DNA of 63,553 nucleotides, filler included, from Phoronis australis (taxonomy: Eukaryota; Animalia; Phoronida), in NCBI GenBank assembly GCA_002633005.1. It is 10 parts of 10 records of this genome, joined end to end, with 100 filler letters (N's around TTAATTAATTAA, not from the genome) between each part and the next. Parts side by side here need not be neighbours in the genome. Positions count along the whole stretch, not along the records: positions 44,630 to 59,018 come from NMRA01000703.1; positions 59,119 to 62,067 come from NMRA01003309.1; positions 62,168 to 63,553 come from NMRA01001849.1; 7 more parts are not named here. The stretch is one strand, 5' to 3'. Of the stretch, positions 49,025-62,948 are shown piece after piece; position 1 is the stretch's first letter; each line of letters starts with the position of its first letter. The translations under genes and the position numbers were made by a program. The notes beneath the pieces were generated by a model, which was not told where the DNA came from, did no database searches, and saw only the letters and a list, made by a program, of their open reading frames with translations.

Positions 49025-51892
49025 AAGAAGAGCAACGCAGAGTATTGAAATGCGCCCACAATTGCACCATATACGGTATCCTTCTAGGGTTGTTTATTGA
49101 TACCATAAAGTGGCCAGTAGAGGGCATATATGTAGTATGTTGTACTTTGCAAAATGGAAAGGCATGGTCATTGTCTCCTCAATAGGCTAGGGGCAAAATC
49201 CGAGTGATCTTCATAATACAAGCACATCCTATACATCAGTTGCTTAAAGCACCACAGAAACATAGAATTAAAAACAAATTTACCAACATACGAGATTAGC
49301 ACAGCATTAGAATGCCAGAAACAAATTTCTACTAGGAACTTTTCCTTCATAGTCACGAAGTAACACAAAGTATACACCTGAAGACCTATGAAAATACAGA
49401 GATCAATGTAAAATACTTAAATTGCCACTAGAGGCATACCGGTAGTCAGAATCATCCTAAAGTCGTCATCGTCCGTTGTCAACATCACATAAATACACTT
49501 GCTAAATTTAGTAAAGATCCTGCAAACGGTTTGGGAGATACAGCCATGGGCGCAAAAAAACAAAACTGCCACTAGGAGGCGCCACAGTAGTCCAAATCGT
49601 CTGAAAATCATTGTCAGCTGTCTTCCTTATAGTAAGCACATACACGCCAATTTTCACAATCATCCTTTGAGCGGTTTGGTTGATAGAGGGGTGGACGCAA
49701 AAATACAGACTCGAAAACAGTAAAAATGGCCACTAGGTGGCGCAAACTACGTCGAATCCATCTGAAAACAGTAGGATAGCGTCATCTCACTAATAGGTGC
49801 CTACATACCAAATTTCATGAAAATCCGTTCAATACTTTTGAAGATACAAAGGTAAGCGTAAAAAACTAAAATTGCCACTAGGGGGCACACCGGTAGTCGG
49901 ATCCGACCAAAAGTCGTCATCTTCCGTTGTTAACATCATATAAATATACTTACACAATTTGTAAAGATCCTGCGAACGGTTTAGGAGATACAGCCATAGG
50001 CGCAAAAAAACAAAACTGCCACTAGGAGGCGCCACAGTAGTCGAAATCGTCGGAAAATCATCGTCAACCATCCTCTACATAGTAAGCATATACATGCCAA
50101 TTTTCACAATCATCCTTTGAGCGGTTTGGTTGATAGAGGGGTGGACGCACAAAAACAGACTCGAAAACACTAAAAATGGCCACTAGGTGGCGCAAACTAT
50201 GTCGAATCCATCTGAAAACGGGAGGATAGCGTCATCTCACTAATAGGTGCCTACATACCAAATTTCATGAAAATCCAATAAGGACTTGTGAAGATACAAA
50301 GGTAAGCGTAAAAAAACTAAAATTGCCACTAGGGGGCACACCGGTAGTCGGATCCGACCAAAAGTCGTCATCTTCCGTTGTTAACATCATATAAATATAC
50401 TTACACAATTTGTAAAGATCCTGCGAACGGTTTAGGAGATACAGCCATAGGCGCAAAAAAACAAAACTGCCACTAGGAGGCGCCACAGTAGTCGAAATCG
50501 TCGGAAAATCATCGTCAACCGTCCTCTACATAGTAAGCATATACATGCCAATTTTCACAATCATCCTTTGAGCGGTTTGGTTGATAGAGGGGTGGACGCA
50601 CAAAAACAGACTCGAAAACACTAAAAATGGCCACTAGGTGGCGCAAACTATGTCGAATCCATCTGAAAACGGGAGGATAGCGTCATCTCACTAATAGGTG
50701 CCTACATACCAAATTTCATGAAAATCCAATAAGGACTTGTGAAGATACAAAGGTAAGCGTAAAAAAATTAAAATTGCCACTAGGGGGCACACCGGTAGTC
50801 GGATCCGTCCAAAAGTCGTCATCTTCCGTTGTTAACATCATATAAATATACTTACACAATTTCGTAAAGATCCTGCGAACGGTTTAGGAGATACAGCCAT
50901 AGGCGCAAAAAAACAAAACTGCCACTAGGAGGCGCCACAGTAGTCGAAATCGTCGGAAAATCATCGTCAACCGTCCTCTACATAGTAAGCATATACATGC
51001 CAATTTTCACAATCATCCTTTGAGCGGTTTGGTTGATAGAGGGGTGGACGCACAAAAACAGACTCGAAAACACTAAAAATGGCCACTAGGTGGCGCAAAC
51101 TATGTCGAATCCATCTGAAAACGGGAGGATAGCGTCATCTCACTAATAGGTGCCTACATACCAAATTTCATGAAAATCCGTTCAGGACTTTTGAAGATAC
51201 AAATGTAAGCGTAAAAAAATTAAAATTGCCACTAGGGGGCACACCGGTAGTCGGATCCGTCCAAAAGTCGTCATCTTCTGATGTTAACATCATATAAATA
51301 TACTTACACAATTTCGTAAAGATCCTGCGAATGGTTTAGGAGATACAGCCATAGGCGCAAAAAAAAACAAAACTACCACTAGGAGGCACCACAGTAGTCG
51401 AAATCGTTGGAAAATCATCGTCAACCGTCCTCTACATAGTACACATATACATGCCAATTTTCACAATCATCCTTTGAGCGGTTTGGTTGATAGAGGGGTG
51501 GACGCACAAAAACAGACTCGAAAACACTAAAAATGGCCACTAGGTGGCGCAAACTATGTCCAATCCATCTGAAAACGGAAGGATAGCGTAATCTCACTAA
51601 TAGGTGCCTACATACAAAATTTCATGAAAATGCGTTCAGGACTTTTGAAGATACAAAGGTAAGCGTAAAAAACTAAAATTGCCACTAGGGGGCACACCGG
51701 TAGTCGGATCCGTCCGAAAGTTCGCACATGCCGTCCCATTCATAAATGGAACATATGTGCCAAATTTCATGAACGTATGTCAAAGGGTTTTGGAGATAGA
51801 ACAGCGGACGCCGGACACCGGACGGACGCCGCCCGGACGGACGGAGATGACGGCATAATGCGTCCACATATAAATATGTGGGCACATAAAAA
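49025..51892 (-). mobile_element. HINE carrying five ~451-bp higher-order repeats (three subunits each) with CTCF-consensus motifs
   Basis: Same termini as 31130-32462 plus GGAC microsatellite-like tract; equivalent GGAGG-type motif at 49568, 50018, 50469, 50921 and 51375. Confidence 0.8.
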
Positions 51893-52053
51893 TATCATTG
51901 TGCGCAGAATTTGTAGACCAAGAGCCTCGCTGCTATTTCGGTATTTAGCCGTGACTATACACTTCAAACCTCCGCCATGCCTCAAATGAACACAAAAGTT
52001 CTGCTAATATTGCGAGGACCAATGGTCTGGCCTTTCAGAGCAGAAGTAGTGTA

Positions 52054-52874
52054 CAAATAGTGTACCTAATTATCGGACGGAACCTAAATATCGGACACTT
52101 CATAGAATCTTACTTGAAGCATAATCTGAGAATTAATTGACACCAATTTTTGTTCCGTTGTAATGCATTCAATGTCCAGCACCGTCTCGTTTTTAACAGC
52201 ATTGCCTCGTTTTGATTTCACTGAGAGAGGGTGCAATTTAGACCCCCAAGTCGGCCTAAAATGGACGATCGCATAAATCGGTTATTAAAGTTGAAAATAA
52301 AATCTTTTTCCACAATGAAACTATCTCATTGAACTGACAATATGTCACTGTTCCATTTTTTCATTTGTTTTTAAACTCAAGTCAAACACCGACCACGCAC
52401 GTGCGGGTGTCATATCAAGAAGCCAAAGTGATACTAAAAAATGCAGTGAGTTTGCATGTGCTTTAGTCGTCTGCACTAATTCATCGAAACGACTTGGCGC
52501 CGTCATCGGATTTCATTTTATGGATAATTTTGTTGTGAATGGACCTGTGTTCTAGCAGCATATATGTCAAAACACTCGAGCTGAAATTTGGCTATAAGGT
52601 GCCCGCAGCCATTACGTGGTTAGTCAGTTTTCCGTGGTGTGGCGTATGAGGAAACATGGTGTCCGATATTTAGGTTCTCCAAAGGTTTGCTTGTTTTGTT
52701 TTTTAAAGATCAGTCGGAACATAAATGTGGCATTCAGTGACAAGATATAGTAACAGAACAATTCCGTGAAGGTAAGTCTTTATTTCAGCAAAGAATTTAC
52801 AACAATCCATAGTATTTTCAATTAAATAAAATGCAAAATGTGCCAAAACGTCCGATAATTAGGTCACTTGACTG
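52054..52874. mobile_element. Tc1/mariner-type MITE, TA TSD
   Basis: Ends contain ACCTAATTATCGGACG / CGTCCGATAATTAGGT; right end CTG|TA. Confidence 0.7.
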
Positions 52875-52886
52875 TACTTGTCTATA

Positions 52887-53345
52887 GGGCCTTTCATACT
52901 AACGTCGACGCGTTGATGGTTTGGGGAGTTGCGGTCAGTATGAACGCTTAACTCCGGTCCTGGATCGCAGTTAACAGCCCCAGGTGGATTTAAGACCACA
53001 GCGTCGACGCTGCGGTACAGTATGAACGCTTAACTCCGGTCCAATCGAAGTTAACGCCAGGTGCCACTATTATCGTCAACAGTTACAGAGTAGTGCCGTC
53101 ACTAATAACTACTTATTTTTTGCTCTAATGATAACCATTTAGCATATTTAAATGTTCCCAAATTGTCACTTTGAAAAAAATCTTAGCATGCAATGCTACC
53201 TTGCAATAACTTCGATGAGGTCAGCGTCACCAACACTTTACTTCAATGGTTATTAACTACCAAAGCCAGTATGAACGGTCCAGTTAACTGCACTGTTTAC
53301 ATCGACGCTCCGCTCAGACCGGAGTTAAGTCAATATGAAAGGGCC
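52887..53345. mobile_element. Harbinger-type MITE
   Basis: GGGCCTTTCATACT ... AATATGAAAGGGCC; decayed relative near 45948-46010. Confidence 0.65.
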
Positions 53346-54059
53346 TTAAGGGATGGCTTCAATTCTAGATATTTCGTGCTTTCAACAGGAATTAAAATTT
53401 CTTTGTAGGCCTACACGTGAAAACCGCGAATCAAAGTTTAATAAAAAGCTTGGCCAGTGTTAAAAGCACGTGGCTAGGAAGTGGGCGCTACATACATGAA
53501 CCTGTCATCAACGACATTAGTCGGGAACTATCCATTCATGAAACGGGTAGCATAGCATTGGCAAAAAAATGAATATTGGCACTAATTTCCGACAGATTCT
53601 AATACTATAAAAATGTTTGCATTATTTTTAAGATGAATTGTTTGATTAACCACAATTGGTGTTTTTAAGCCAAATATCCGATAAAATGACCACTGACAGT
53701 GAATGCTTAAACACCCTTACACCGAAAAATAACTGTCAGATAGTCACGTGCGCCACATCCAGCCACACGGCGACTAATATGGCTTTAGCAAGACAAATGT
53801 CAAACATTTTTAGCACGAGACCGGCAAGTGCTGAATGAAACACGCTCTGGTTTAGGCCTACTGCTCGTGCAAATTTCTTTAGATACAATGCACATCTAGC
53901 TCGTTAGATTGCGTAGCTCTGGCCAAGACGGTATCTGCTCTCGACTGGCAAATGAACTTCGGTGACACGCACGCGCTCACTTTCTCACAAACGCAGACAA
54001 CTTCAAAACAAACATCACGTGACAACAACATGTGTGTTCGTCCAGACATTTTTCTCATG

Positions 54060-54522
54060 TTGCCGATCATACATGTAGATGGCACGATGTAGCACAGATT
54101 TGTACTAAAACCTGCCGTGATCCAGACTCCACGGGAACTTAAAAATCTTAGGGACGCTACTTGGAAAACTCAAGGTTTTCAGGTAATTTGCTTGGGTCGA
54201 AACTGTATTTTTATTCAAGCATTCAAGTCGCCATATTAACGATTGCGAGGCAGGAAGTCATCGAGTTTTCGCCCTGGGATTTCAGCACAATTTTCTGTAA
54301 AATGATCGTAATTTAGCAGCAAAGTTTGCTAGCAATGCACCACATTTTTGTAGAAAGTCTTTCATAGATTACAGATACGTCACAGAGCGTAAATATGATG
54401 AATCTTACCTTCCGATTTCACCCGTTTCGGAGACCGGGTTTCAACGGCCTTGGGTTATAATAAGCCCCCCCCCCGAAACGAACTTTACTATGCACCCTGG
54501 GTGGTTATTACGGCGAATACGG
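54060..54522 (-). mobile_element. Inverted partial relative of the 46437-48054 element
   Basis: Reverse-complement similarity to 46775-47150; ends GGTTATTACGGCGAATACGG|TA. Confidence 0.75.
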
Positions 54523-55406
54523 TAGTAATTTTTCCATTTTTTAAAGGCTCACTAAATTATTCCAACATGTATTTGTTGACGACAGCTGTGCAATATAACT
54601 GTTCAAATAATCAAGTACAATTTTCATTAGATTTATTTTTTAGAAAATATAATTCCACTGAATCTGCCATAATTGTGTTCTCAAAGAAACGTTACCATGG
54701 CTTTGAAATGTTAACTGTCTCACAATAGCTTCACATTGGTAAAACCAACCGGAACATAAACAGATGATTATACAGTGTTTGAATCTCCAGGTCAATGGCG
54801 GTATTGAACTGATGCAATACCTAGGTCAATTACGCATAAACCCTGGCGGATTTGTGACTTCAATTTCAAGAAAAACAAAACTTGCTTACAATCAGCACAC
54901 TCGTGCCCCCCTTTGACAAGATCATATTACCCAAGTTGAATATAAACAGCAAACATATCAAACATTTCAAAAATATTTTCCTAGTTTTCGTTTTTGCATA
55001 TGACTAAGGCCCCAGTGACATCCATAAATGATTGGTCAGTGAGTCAGCACTGAGAAATACAGGAGTAACGGTTATGTAACTCAGTTTTATAACTGTACAG
55101 ATGTTTTACTTGAATGCTTGGAACCAAGGTAGCAATAAACTGCAGCAAAGTGCAACCACCTGTAGAAACACTCATTTTCCATAATCATAATGAAAAGCAG
55201 ACAGCATTCATGGAATCTGACTTGTTTCACCGTTTTAAACAGAATTTGCATATTCCAGTACCAAAATTAAAAATCTAACCATAATGCTCCACAATTATGG
55301 TTAAAATTGATCAACTACAGCCAACATGTTTATTCATTCTTTCTCAAGGTTGTGATCAGTTCTGTTTCTAGCTTTGATAAACAATAATGCAAAACTGTGG
55401 CATAAT

Positions 55407-58400
55407 GGGGCTATTCGGAAAATCTACAATAACTAGAGGGCGTGCGTGTACTAGTGGTGATAGATTAACAGCCTCGATTTCGCAAGCCCTTTAAATACAT
55501 GGTGAAATGGCTTGCAGCCCTGCCAACTGAATCTGAGATTGCGTAAAAAGGGTGCTTCTATGAGAGGAAGTAAGCACGACCTCATACAAAGGTAAGGTTT
55601 GTGATTATTTTTACGATTATTCCATGATTATTCTACCGATGCCTGTTAACTGAGGCACTCGCCGATGTTGACTTCGCGGCAGTCAGTCGCCAGTCAGAGT
55701 CTGGTTAATCTTTGTATGTTGTGATATGTAATACGATACTTGACGTAGCAATCGGGATCTTTTCGTACATTAAAGCATTATTATTGTTTGGAATGATTTG
55801 TAAAAGTTTATCAGTGACAGTTACATCAATCAATGCCGGTTTATGCTGCCAACTCGATACAGGTTAATGAGTTAAGATTACAATCCAATCCCAATGGCAA
55901 AGGGTACGTGAGTGATAAATATCCATTGCATTAGACTATTTGTTTACTCCCTATCGTATGTCTTCTGGAAATCTATTACACGTTGAAATGGAAATCTATC
56001 ACGTCAGTTTTCACGTAACCTTTGGTTTTTAGGTTTGAAGGCATGTACCGTGCAGAGGAGATATGCATCGCTGATCTGCACCGTCCCTGAATGGACAAAA
56101 ATTGGTTTTTAGCATTTGACTGCAGCTAACCAACAAGATCTTCCCATCCAGTGCAGATCTGTTGTCAAAGCCTACTTTCAATATTGGAGACAACAAACAA
56201 AGCCTTTGAAAAGGAACAGCTATTTTTAAAAGTCATTTTGTTAAATTACTTATTCAGGTCCCGAGGGGGGATTGGCATAGGGGGTTGTAATATTTGGTAC
56301 AACTGAATGTGTGGAAATAACAGATAATACATGTTTGGGGAAAAGAGCATGGTGTGGTAATTCTTAACCTTCACGAAGTCCCTTCAAGTTGATTTCATGA
56401 AACCGTTTTGCTACTTGTATCAATTGTAAAACCACGAAAATATATTACATTTTCCGAATTCACAGTGACTGAATAGTCTTAAATCATGCCTTGAAATGTT
56501 GCAAGTCGTTATAAATTTAAATGACTGCCATTTTTGTGAAAATTGCATTTTTGGTGGTGCCTTACGGTTTGTAATTACTCTTAAACAACAGAAAGATTAT
56601 CCATCATTTTTAAATGACCTAAGTCTTCATATCTTCTATTAGAAGAAAAAACGGTTCCCCCAACCTTAGACTAGAAGTATGCTTGAACCTGTAATCTGAG
56701 TTTAAAATTGCGGAAAGTATCAAAATTAAAAAGGCTTGAAAATGGGTAACAAAGGTTTGAAGTTGACTCAAAAACTTGTATATTTTACAGACAAGTGATG
56801 CATTTAAAGAATTGTTATGGCTAGGGATAAAAACTAAAGACACAGTTTTATGCAATACTCATTGTATGCACCCTAGGTTTCTGAAAATAGTAATTATTTA
56901 CTTTTATGTGAAACTGTAGACCAATCACCATATATTTTTGAAAAACAGGGATAACATTTTTGATCCAATCTGGAGTACTTAATTATTCATATTTCAATAT
57001 TTGTTCCAGGTTCAGTGACATTTTAAGGCCACTTCAAGCTGTATCACAGACAAGCTTTGTTACTCCGTTCTCTTCCCACAGCACTTCCACACACTAGCAG
57101 TGCTGCATGGCACAATGTGCAAGTCAGTGGCCCTGGAGAAATGTGAATCGCAGTACTAAGTTACCATAAGACAATGTGCCAGTGGACTGTATCCAGACGA
57201 ACTATATCTGACTGCTACACAAATAAGCCTTGTTGGTGACGATGCCCTTTCATAGGCAATGAGTCATGTGTGGACAATAGCTTATTTCCTTCCCTGGAAG
57301 AAACATGAGGGACTGAAGCTAAAGAAGACCTAGTCACACTCTGGTCTAGTTCAGAGTCTGATTTTGGGCTCAAAACGATTCAAGTGATATGCTGCTGTGT
57401 TTACCTTCAAGGTCTAATTGTGGATGTTATTGAGGCTGAATGAGGTTACATGAAAGAAAGCCACGTGTTGAAACTGGACCTTTTTTACTAGCGCTTTTAT
57501 AGGCCATTGAAACTAGAACCCATTGAAATGAAAGCCAAAAGCTGAGTGACATTAAATTTTCCTTTCAGAAGAAAGGCTTTATACTATTGGTAAAAACTTT
57601 TCAATTTGGTACAGATTATGGGGAAATGACATTCAGTGACTGCATCGATTGTCTTATTGTATGTTTTCAATTGTAGCTAGCTGGATAAGAATCTGCTATG
57701 CACAAGATTCGAGAATAAACAATTATCAGTGTATTTAAAAACAAATGGCAAACTGAAAAAGCACAGAAAGGAACAACATTGCGAGGGAGTCCATAATCAG
57801 GCATATCAGGTGCTGAATTTCTGAAATACGTTCAATTCCCTCAGGTTATTGCTAAAGGATTGCTTTTCACTTTGTCCAACGGTGAAATGGATGGTCAGGC
57901 GGTTGGTTTCAGTTGTTTTTTCTCGCCTGTCGGCCGTAACAGAATAGAAATATTAGCAAATTGTAAAAGAAAAAACAAGACAAAACTACTTTTGTAAGGC
58001 AGAACATACTTGACATTTCATCTTCATGTTTATGTGTAGAAACTAATAACCTTTGTACCCAAGTCTAGTTTAATATCTGAATTAAAATATGTGAAACAGG
58101 CTAAACGTGATTTAACAATGTGTATATTTCATGACACTTAAAATGTGCTTCTGATCTCAACAAGCAATTTTTTCCATTGCAATGTTACGGCATTTACTGA
58201 ATTAAGGCTTATTCGTGTTAATTCGATAACTGAGCTGGTGGTCCTGGGGGTGGGGTCCACGATAAAATAAGGAAACTCACTCATCTAGAGAATTTTATTG
58301 GAAAAAGCATAGTTTTGAAGAGAAACTGCTGTGAAAAAGTCACTCTTGACTTCTGTGCATCACGTACCATACACCTATTTGGGAGCACTCCCACCCATGA

Positions 58401-58878
58401 CAATATGAATATGTGCTGCTAGCCTACCCGGCATCGGGTGAGTTTCCAAAAAGAAACACTTAGTTCCACTCAATAAACCTGTTACTCAGTGGGGTAACTG
58501 GTGGGGATAACATCACCGAACGATGTTGATAGAAACTGATTGCTAAAAACTTACCAAGTAATGTGTAGTCTCCGAATGGAACTGCATAGTCATAGAGCAC
58601 ACAAGGGGCTTCAGCATCCACACACTTTTTGTCAGTTAGTTGACCCTGTTAACCGCAATTGTCCACGAATATAGTAACCTTAGGTCTTTTGGGAATTTGT
58701 GGACACTTGTCGAAGACTGGCACCAGGGAAATTAGCAGTAATAAGGCTTAAGCGACGACGTACTTTGATAAAAATTTCATCTTTTACCAGTTGTTTACAT
58801 GCAGACAGCCACGCATGCGCAATTCAATCACCACTAGTACAGCAGCGACACCGCGAGGAGAATTCTCCAAATAGCCCC
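55407..58878. mobile_element. Fossil ISL2EU (Harbinger-related) transposon
   Basis: AT|GGGGCTATT.GGA.AAT..TGTACTAGTGGTGAT TIRs at both ends with AT TSD. Minus strand: THAP remnant VHKFPKD..W..AVNR..W....VCS (58710-58594) and DDE-like SVTADR (~57940). Plus strand: SAP remnant LRKKGASMRGSKHDLIQR (55512-55591) and a TNKPCW*RCP motif (~57220). Confidence 0.7.
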
Positions 58879-59118
58879 ATTTGGCGGGAAATTCGAAACT
58901 TTCCTTGAGAGGAATTTGAACATGGGCCTCAGAATTGACCTGTCGCAAGCTCCGCCCCTATGCGAAAAGTCACGTGATACCCGACATTCGAACGAAATGT
59001 CACAGGCAAATACACTGTNNNNNNNNNNNNNNNNNNNNNNNNNNNNNNNNNNNNNNNNNNNNTTAATTAATTAANNNNNNNNNNNNNNNNNNNNNNNNNN
59101 NNNNNNNNNNNNNNNNNN

Positions 59119-59203
59119 GGAGAAAGTGTCCGACAGGAAAAACTGCAAGTACCAGACTCGACCTGGCGGATAAACCCGCATGCTTTACCACTGCACCACC
59201 ACT
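59119..59203 (-). mobile_element. tRNA-derived SINE head fragment
   Basis: Minus strand TGGTGCAGTGG (A-box) and GGTCGAGTC (B-box-like). Confidence 0.45.
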
Positions 59204-61240
59204 CCTAATTTGATACTAAGAGACCTAATTGTTTATGGTCCACAGCGTTTGCTCGCGAAACCTCCTTCTTTTTGTAATGCTTATTACATGTTTTATATTT
59301 TGTGCAATAAGTTCGTAACAAATTTGTTGTATTTAAAATAGTTTTCGATTGCCCAAAAGACCAAATCCGTTTTTTGTCTTGGCAATAATGACGCGATTGC
59401 TTTGGAAATCGTCTTAAGTTAAGGTTTAACAAAGAGAGAATTATGAGTTTCTGAGGCTTCGATTAAAATTGACATCTTACCAGCAGCTTCTGTTTTTTCA
59501 TCATCACTCAGATTCCATTTTCTTTAAAAAACGAAGTAATTTTCTTCATTGCAAAGTGGAGCAGACGACAGAAGCGGAGTCGTAGTGCCCAGCGCCACTG
59601 TCGGTTGCCTGGGATATCGCGGGAGAGCCTATACTTAGCCATAATTCCGTTACGATTGCGCCGTGTTCCAAATTTGACACTTGAAATGTATCTGAGCCCC
59701 CCCCCCAAACACTAAAACTGCACACATGTAAATCTTTTTTCAGCCGTATAGTTTTAATTACCGGGGTTAATTAATAAACTCAACATTTCCCTGCGCTCTT
59801 GCTCAGAAGCCAAGGGGGAGGGGGAGCGGGCCCCCTGCCCCCCCTAAATCCGCCTATGTCAGGTGCCAAAATGATCGACACTTCCAACCAAGGAATTGCG
59901 GCCAAGACTGAATAGCCAAAGCTTTGTGAAGCGTGCGACACTCGTCCACAAGATACAACCGTCGGGCTACTAATTTTTTTGATGGCCGTGTGCATATCAA
60001 TTGAATAGTCAACGAGAGTGTAAGTTTTAGGTCTACGTATTTCAAGTTACTAAAACTTCTGACAATCAAAGATTTCTGCGATTTTTTGACTAAGTACGAA
60101 GTTTTAGTAGATCTTCAACCGCAACTGTGGCTGGCTTTGCATCACATGAACCAGATTTCACGTACGTTATTCTGAAACATTTTTTACCCTGTCTCCCATG
60201 CTCTCCCGGGTGCATATATACCAGCCGCCACCACTTGACCACTTGGGAGCGTATGTCATCGACGATTGCCACTCTGACTCTCAAATATGCAGATGTGAGA
60301 GAACATCTTGCCATGATTTTGCGTATCTAACGGCTACCTTCACGAACTACTTTATCAACGTTTCTTGAATGAAATGGGCGCAAAATAGTAACAACCTTCG
60401 TAGCCTAAACCTGGACTTTGATAAAACCACTCTTTAATAAACTAAAACGAAATCAACCACTTTGGCGTTCCAGGGATGAGGTAGCGACCGGGGTGCGGTG
60501 TAAAATTTATAGGCGAGGAAGACTCCTAAACCGATGTATGGGGAAAATTGTACCACTTTGCCCCAATCCCGAACTCGGCCAAGTCCGGATAGGCCTATAT
60601 GACCAGGCTTCACTGAGGAAACAAAATCTTCACTGCCGTTTGACTTCGATCATGTGCGCTCTGATCCTATCTCGGCTAGGGTAAGCATACACGTAAATAC
60701 ACCGAGAGACATTGAAAAATATAAACCTTATAACTTCACTACGAAAACAATTCATAGCAGGCGTCAATTATGTCAAATCATCCACATTTACAGAAGTAAT
60801 GATAAAAACGCCACCAAGAGATACCCGCATGAGACAATCCTCAACCTCGGTAACCGCACGGTTAGCACAGATTTAAGAAGACGGCAGTTCGCGTTCCAGT
60901 CATATCGAAGCGCTGTTTCCGTTGTCATACGTTTCTATGTTGCCAGGTTTCTTTTTTCGTGCTTGATTGGTGAAATATTCATAGTTATTAGCATAGTACC
61001 ACTGGTACGATTCTGATGTCTGAAAGGTACGAATTAGAAAATCGATCGCGTGAATGGTATTTTTAATGACTTTTCTACAACCGTGTTTTGCAGCTCATTA
61101 TCGTTGTTCTTCTAAATCACACGTGCCATTGTACGTGTGAAGCCACTAAGGGCTATGAGATAGCTCCTGATTCCGTGGCTAGTTCAGCCAGACATAGAGA
61201 GAGGCGCATCCTTAAGTGGTGCGAAAGCAGTATCTTTCCC

Positions 61241-61810
61241 TAATTACGCTCGTAATTACGACCGAGACTTCGCTCGTGTTTTACGACCGTGATCAACATA
61301 TCCAATGAGAAATTGGCCTGTAGGCCACTTGAGCTCTGAAGCAGTACACTCGCATTTTTCTTTCGTGATTTTACGTTCGTAGTTTTACGCTCGTACTTTG
61401 ATGAACATGTTATGAAGTGTTCCGAAGGTAAAAATGTCACATAACAAAGTATGTAAGTGCAAAAGATTGAAAAATATCGAAGGCTGACTGAATCTTTTTA
61501 CTTGCTGCTCTAGCCATCCAAGGCATTTGAAAGTGGTCCGTGTACATAGCGAGGTGCCTAACATCTAGCAGGTTGTCTGACATTGCTTTTATTTTGTTTC
61601 TTAAAATAGCATGCTTTTTCAATATCTAAAATTGCGAACGTAAAATAACGAGTGAAAATACGAGTGTAAAATTACGAGCGAAAAATAAAAACTTCTTTGG
61701 AGCTCACGTGACTTACAAACCAATCCTCACTGCATGAACGATTTCGGTCGTAAAACCCGAGCGAAGTCTCGGTCGTTAATTACAAAAGTAGGCCTAATTA
61801 CGGGCGACAG
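61241..61810. mobile_element. MITE remnant with ~43-bp inverted repeats and TTACGCTCGT subrepeats
   Basis: GTAATTACGACCGAGACTTCGCTCG.GTTTTACGACCG at ~61252 and its reverse complement at 61740-61783. Confidence 0.65.
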
Positions 61811-62389
61811 CTTTCTCCTAACGGCCCACGATACAGACTGTTGCAACACACGCTGTCGCTTTCGACACATATTGTCGCCCGAGAGCGGACACGGCCGAGT
61901 GAGACAACTGTAAATGACGTCAACGTACATCGACATGTAGTGTGTAGGTGCTCACGGCATACATTGTCGCACCAGGGGGTGTCGAGACTGACAACATATG
62001 CTTTATCAGTGTTATCATAGGCGGATTTAGAGCCCCCCTCCCCTTGGCTGCCGCAAAAAAGTAANACNNNNNNNNNNNNNNNNNNNNNNNNNNNNNNNNN
62101 NNNNNNNNNNNTTAATTAATTAANNNNNNNNNNNNNNNNNNNNNNNNNNNNNNNNNNNNNNNNNNNNGAGGAGCGACACTTAATCGAAAAGACGACAAAC
62201 ACGACATCATTCATGTGACTAGCGAAGAAATCAAATAGAGAGCATACAATCAACTACAATAAAGAATGAAAGCCCGTTCAAAACTCTATCTAAAGTGGTA
62301 GTTTGGCAAACACGATAACATGTCCTCCTGGAGGCAATTTGTTTGCAAGTGTTGGATTTTATATTTTATCCTATCAAAAATAATTTAAA

Positions 62390-62493
62390 AATTGTGGGTC
62401 ATGGGTTGGAGAAATAAATGAAAAATATGGGCCGTGGGTACGAAATAAAAGTGCCTTCCACCCCCTCCCATACAGATTTTGCTGGAACAGCCC
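62390..62493 (+). mobile_element. Right end of a GGGCTGTTCCAG-family MITE
   Basis: Matches 6610-6685; ends GCTGGAACAGCCC|TCA. Confidence 0.75.
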
Positions 62494-62948
62494 TCAGCAG
62501 GTTGACCAGGCAAAACCAATCAAGTCAATCAAGTGCGTTACAGTTAACAGTAGTGTTCCAAAGCTACTTACCCCGCCAGTTCGACGTCTCGAACTACGTC
62601 GACTTCCAACACGCTGTGCTTTACCTACAACAGTACAGAGATTTCCTTTTTGTTTACATTTTTGTGGAGGAAAAACACTTAGAAGGATACTAAACACTGT
62701 TTTGATGATTTCAACCAATCCTCGTTCTGTCACGTGCTAATGCATCATTGGCATCAATCTTGAAAGATAAAATCTGGAATCAACTAAAAACTCATAATCC
62801 CTATCTCACAAATTGGACATTATTGTCATTGGTGAATACTCTTTTCCACACAGTTGCTCTGTAATTCGCTAAAAGCGCAAGTCACGCTTGCCTGTTTGGC
62901 AGACTTTGAAAGGACTTTCCTCCAAACTTTTAAGGGTTGTCAAGGTTA

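Noticed and set aside
49417-51989. Short ORFs in HINE and minisatellite repeats (also 31030-32686, 34359-34831, 38369-41302, 44090-44362)
   Set aside because: Incidental translations of repeats with no domain signal.
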